Below, in pieces: positions 23,062 to 24,000 of a stretch of 24,000 nucleotides of DNA; the stretch's first letter is position 1, and each line of letters opens with the position of its first letter. The translations under genes were made by a program, and so were the position numbers. The stretch spans positions 3,483,157-3,507,156 of the forward strand of contig NZ_CP019962.1 of NCBI RefSeq assembly GCF_000807675.2. The letters are read 5' to 3'. Source of the stretch: Eubacterium limosum (GTDB lineage Bacteria; Bacillota; Clostridia; Eubacteriales; Eubacteriaceae). The notes under the pieces are model-generated. The model ran no database searches and had not been told where the DNA came from. It saw nothing but the letters and a program-made list of their open reading frames with translations.

Positions 23062-23883
23062 ATGAAGCGGATTCTATCGAATATGGCCATCACTTTAATG
23101 TTCATCATCGGAGCTTGCTTTTTGGCGTACCCGATCATTGCGAATCTGCTGTCAAATCGGCAGCATGGGGAAGTGATTCAGGATTATCAAATCACGGTGG
23201 AGCAGATGAACGCTTCTGTCATGGCCGAAGAAAAAGAAAAAGCCCTGGCTTACAACCAGGGCTTAAATGGTTTGGTCGCACATGACCCGTTTATCGAAGG
23301 CAGTGGCTATGTCCTTCCCGAAAACTATCTGGACTGCTTAAACGTGGATGGGATCATGGGAACGCTTGTCATTGACAAAATTAAGATCAATCTGCCGATT
23401 TATCATGGCACCCGTGACGAGGTGCTGCAAAAAGGTGTTGGACACATCAAAGAAACCGCACTGCCCATCGGCGGGGAAGGCAGCCACGCTGTCCTCACAA
23501 GCCATAGTGGGCTTAACGAGGCAAAGCTTTTTACCGAATTGGATCAGCTCACCGAGGGAGATACTTTTGAGATCCATGTGCTGGATGAAATTCTGACCTA
23601 TCAGGTGGATCAGATCAAAGTGGTCGAACCCAATCAAACGGACGAATTAAAGGCTGTACCAGGCAAGGATTATGTGACCCTGCTGACCTGTACACCCATT
23701 GGTGTCAACAGCCACCGGCTTTTGGTCAGAGGGGAACGGATTTTTTTAGAGCCGCAGGCAGAAGAAATCAAAGAAACGGTTAACCGCAGCTATGTTCTCT
23801 TAGCGGCAGCGACGGTTATCCTGGTTCCGATTGTTCTTTTAATTCTGTATTGGATAATTCAAAAGAAAGTTAAAAAGAAGTAG
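23062..23883 (+). CDS. srtC: Class C (pilus-assembly) sortase
   Basis: AAGGAGA RBS and an N-terminal TM helix. Lid-type motif HDPF. Catalytic triad motifs LTSHSGL (His), TLLTCTP (Cys210, nt 23689-23691) and RLLVRGERI (Arg). The extra C-terminal TM helix plus basic tail (VLLAAATVILVPIVLLILYWIIQKKVKKK) is typical of class C enzymes. Confidence 0.92.
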   Translation: MKRILSNMAITLMFIIGACFLAYPIIANLLSNRQHGEVIQDYQITVEQMNASVMAEEKEKALAYNQGLNGLVAHDPFIEGSGYVLPENYLDCLNVDGIMGTLVIDKIKINLPIYHGTRDEVLQKGVGHIKETALPIGGEGSHAVLTSHSGLNEAKLFTELDQLTEGDTFEIHVLDEILTYQVDQIKVVEPNQTDELKAVPGKDYVTLLTCTPIGVNSHRLLVRGERIFLEPQAEEIKETVNRSYVLLAAATVILVPIVLLILYWIIQKKVKKK

Positions 23884-24000
23884 AGTATTTGAACAATGAA
23901 ATTTGAAAGACAGAGACTACGAACCATATGAAAAAACTAACAGTGCTTGGAGCTTTTATTGACTTAATACAAAGTTTTGTTGCTGCTTGCGGCATTACAT

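Noticed and set aside
23929-24000. ATG at 23929 opening MKKLTVLGAFIDLIQSFVAACGIT... to the window end
   Set aside because: Only 24 codons are visible, there is no clear RBS, and no motif is recognisable. It may be a real downstream gene but cannot be supported from this window.
1-24000. Looked for CRISPR arrays, rRNA/tRNA genes, restriction-modification, toxin-antitoxin or other recognisable defence modules
   Set aside because: There are no regularly spaced direct repeats. I saw no nuclease, methylase, ATPase or reverse-transcriptase signature motifs in any supported ORF. The window is dominated by surface proteins, a PTS operon and a mobile-element fragment.

Overview
The window looks like an accessory-genome mosaic from a Gram-positive (Firmicutes-type) organism. 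Genes have AGGAGG-type ribosome binding sites, units end in rho-independent terminators, and there are sortase substrates. I see four blocks. (1) 1-2650 is AT-rich and looks like a mobile-element fragment. It holds the 5' end of an IS1182-family transposase gene (minus strand, runs off the window), a very acidic 93-aa protein, a coiled-coil protein and a DUF3991/Toprim primase-like protein. Two copies of a CCGGTCACGTGACCG palindrome bracket the last three ORFs. (2) 2678-6601 is more GC-rich and encodes a 1307-aa secreted protein. It has an acidic low-complexity region, a CAP/SCP (YkwD-like) domain, nine diverged 62-72-aa helical repeats and an atypical C-terminal anchor. (3) 6807-14324 is AT-rich and carries a PTS sugar cluster whose gene content matches the uncharacterised E. 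coli sgc operon (epimerase, EIIA, M42 peptidase-like, EIIB, GatC-type EIIC, BtpA/SgcQ). Here it is paired with a PRD-type regulator and an MtnX-like HAD phosphatase. (4) 14860-23883 is GC-rich and is a sortase-dependent pilus/adhesin locus. It encodes a 1341-aa adhesin with about eight CnaB/SpaA-type domains, a 652-aa paralogous adhesin/minor pilin, a major pilin with a YPKN motif, E-box and LPFTG, and a class C sortase. A roughly 560-bp highly structured non-coding region with its own intrinsic terminator splits this locus. I found no rRNA, canonical tRNA, CRISPR array or recognisable defence system. The least-explained signals are the structured RNA-like region upstream of the pilus genes, the palindrome-bracketed Toprim module, the conserved-Cys adhesin domains, and the sgc-like cluster of unknown substrate. 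All functional calls rest on motif recognition by eye; no searches were run.
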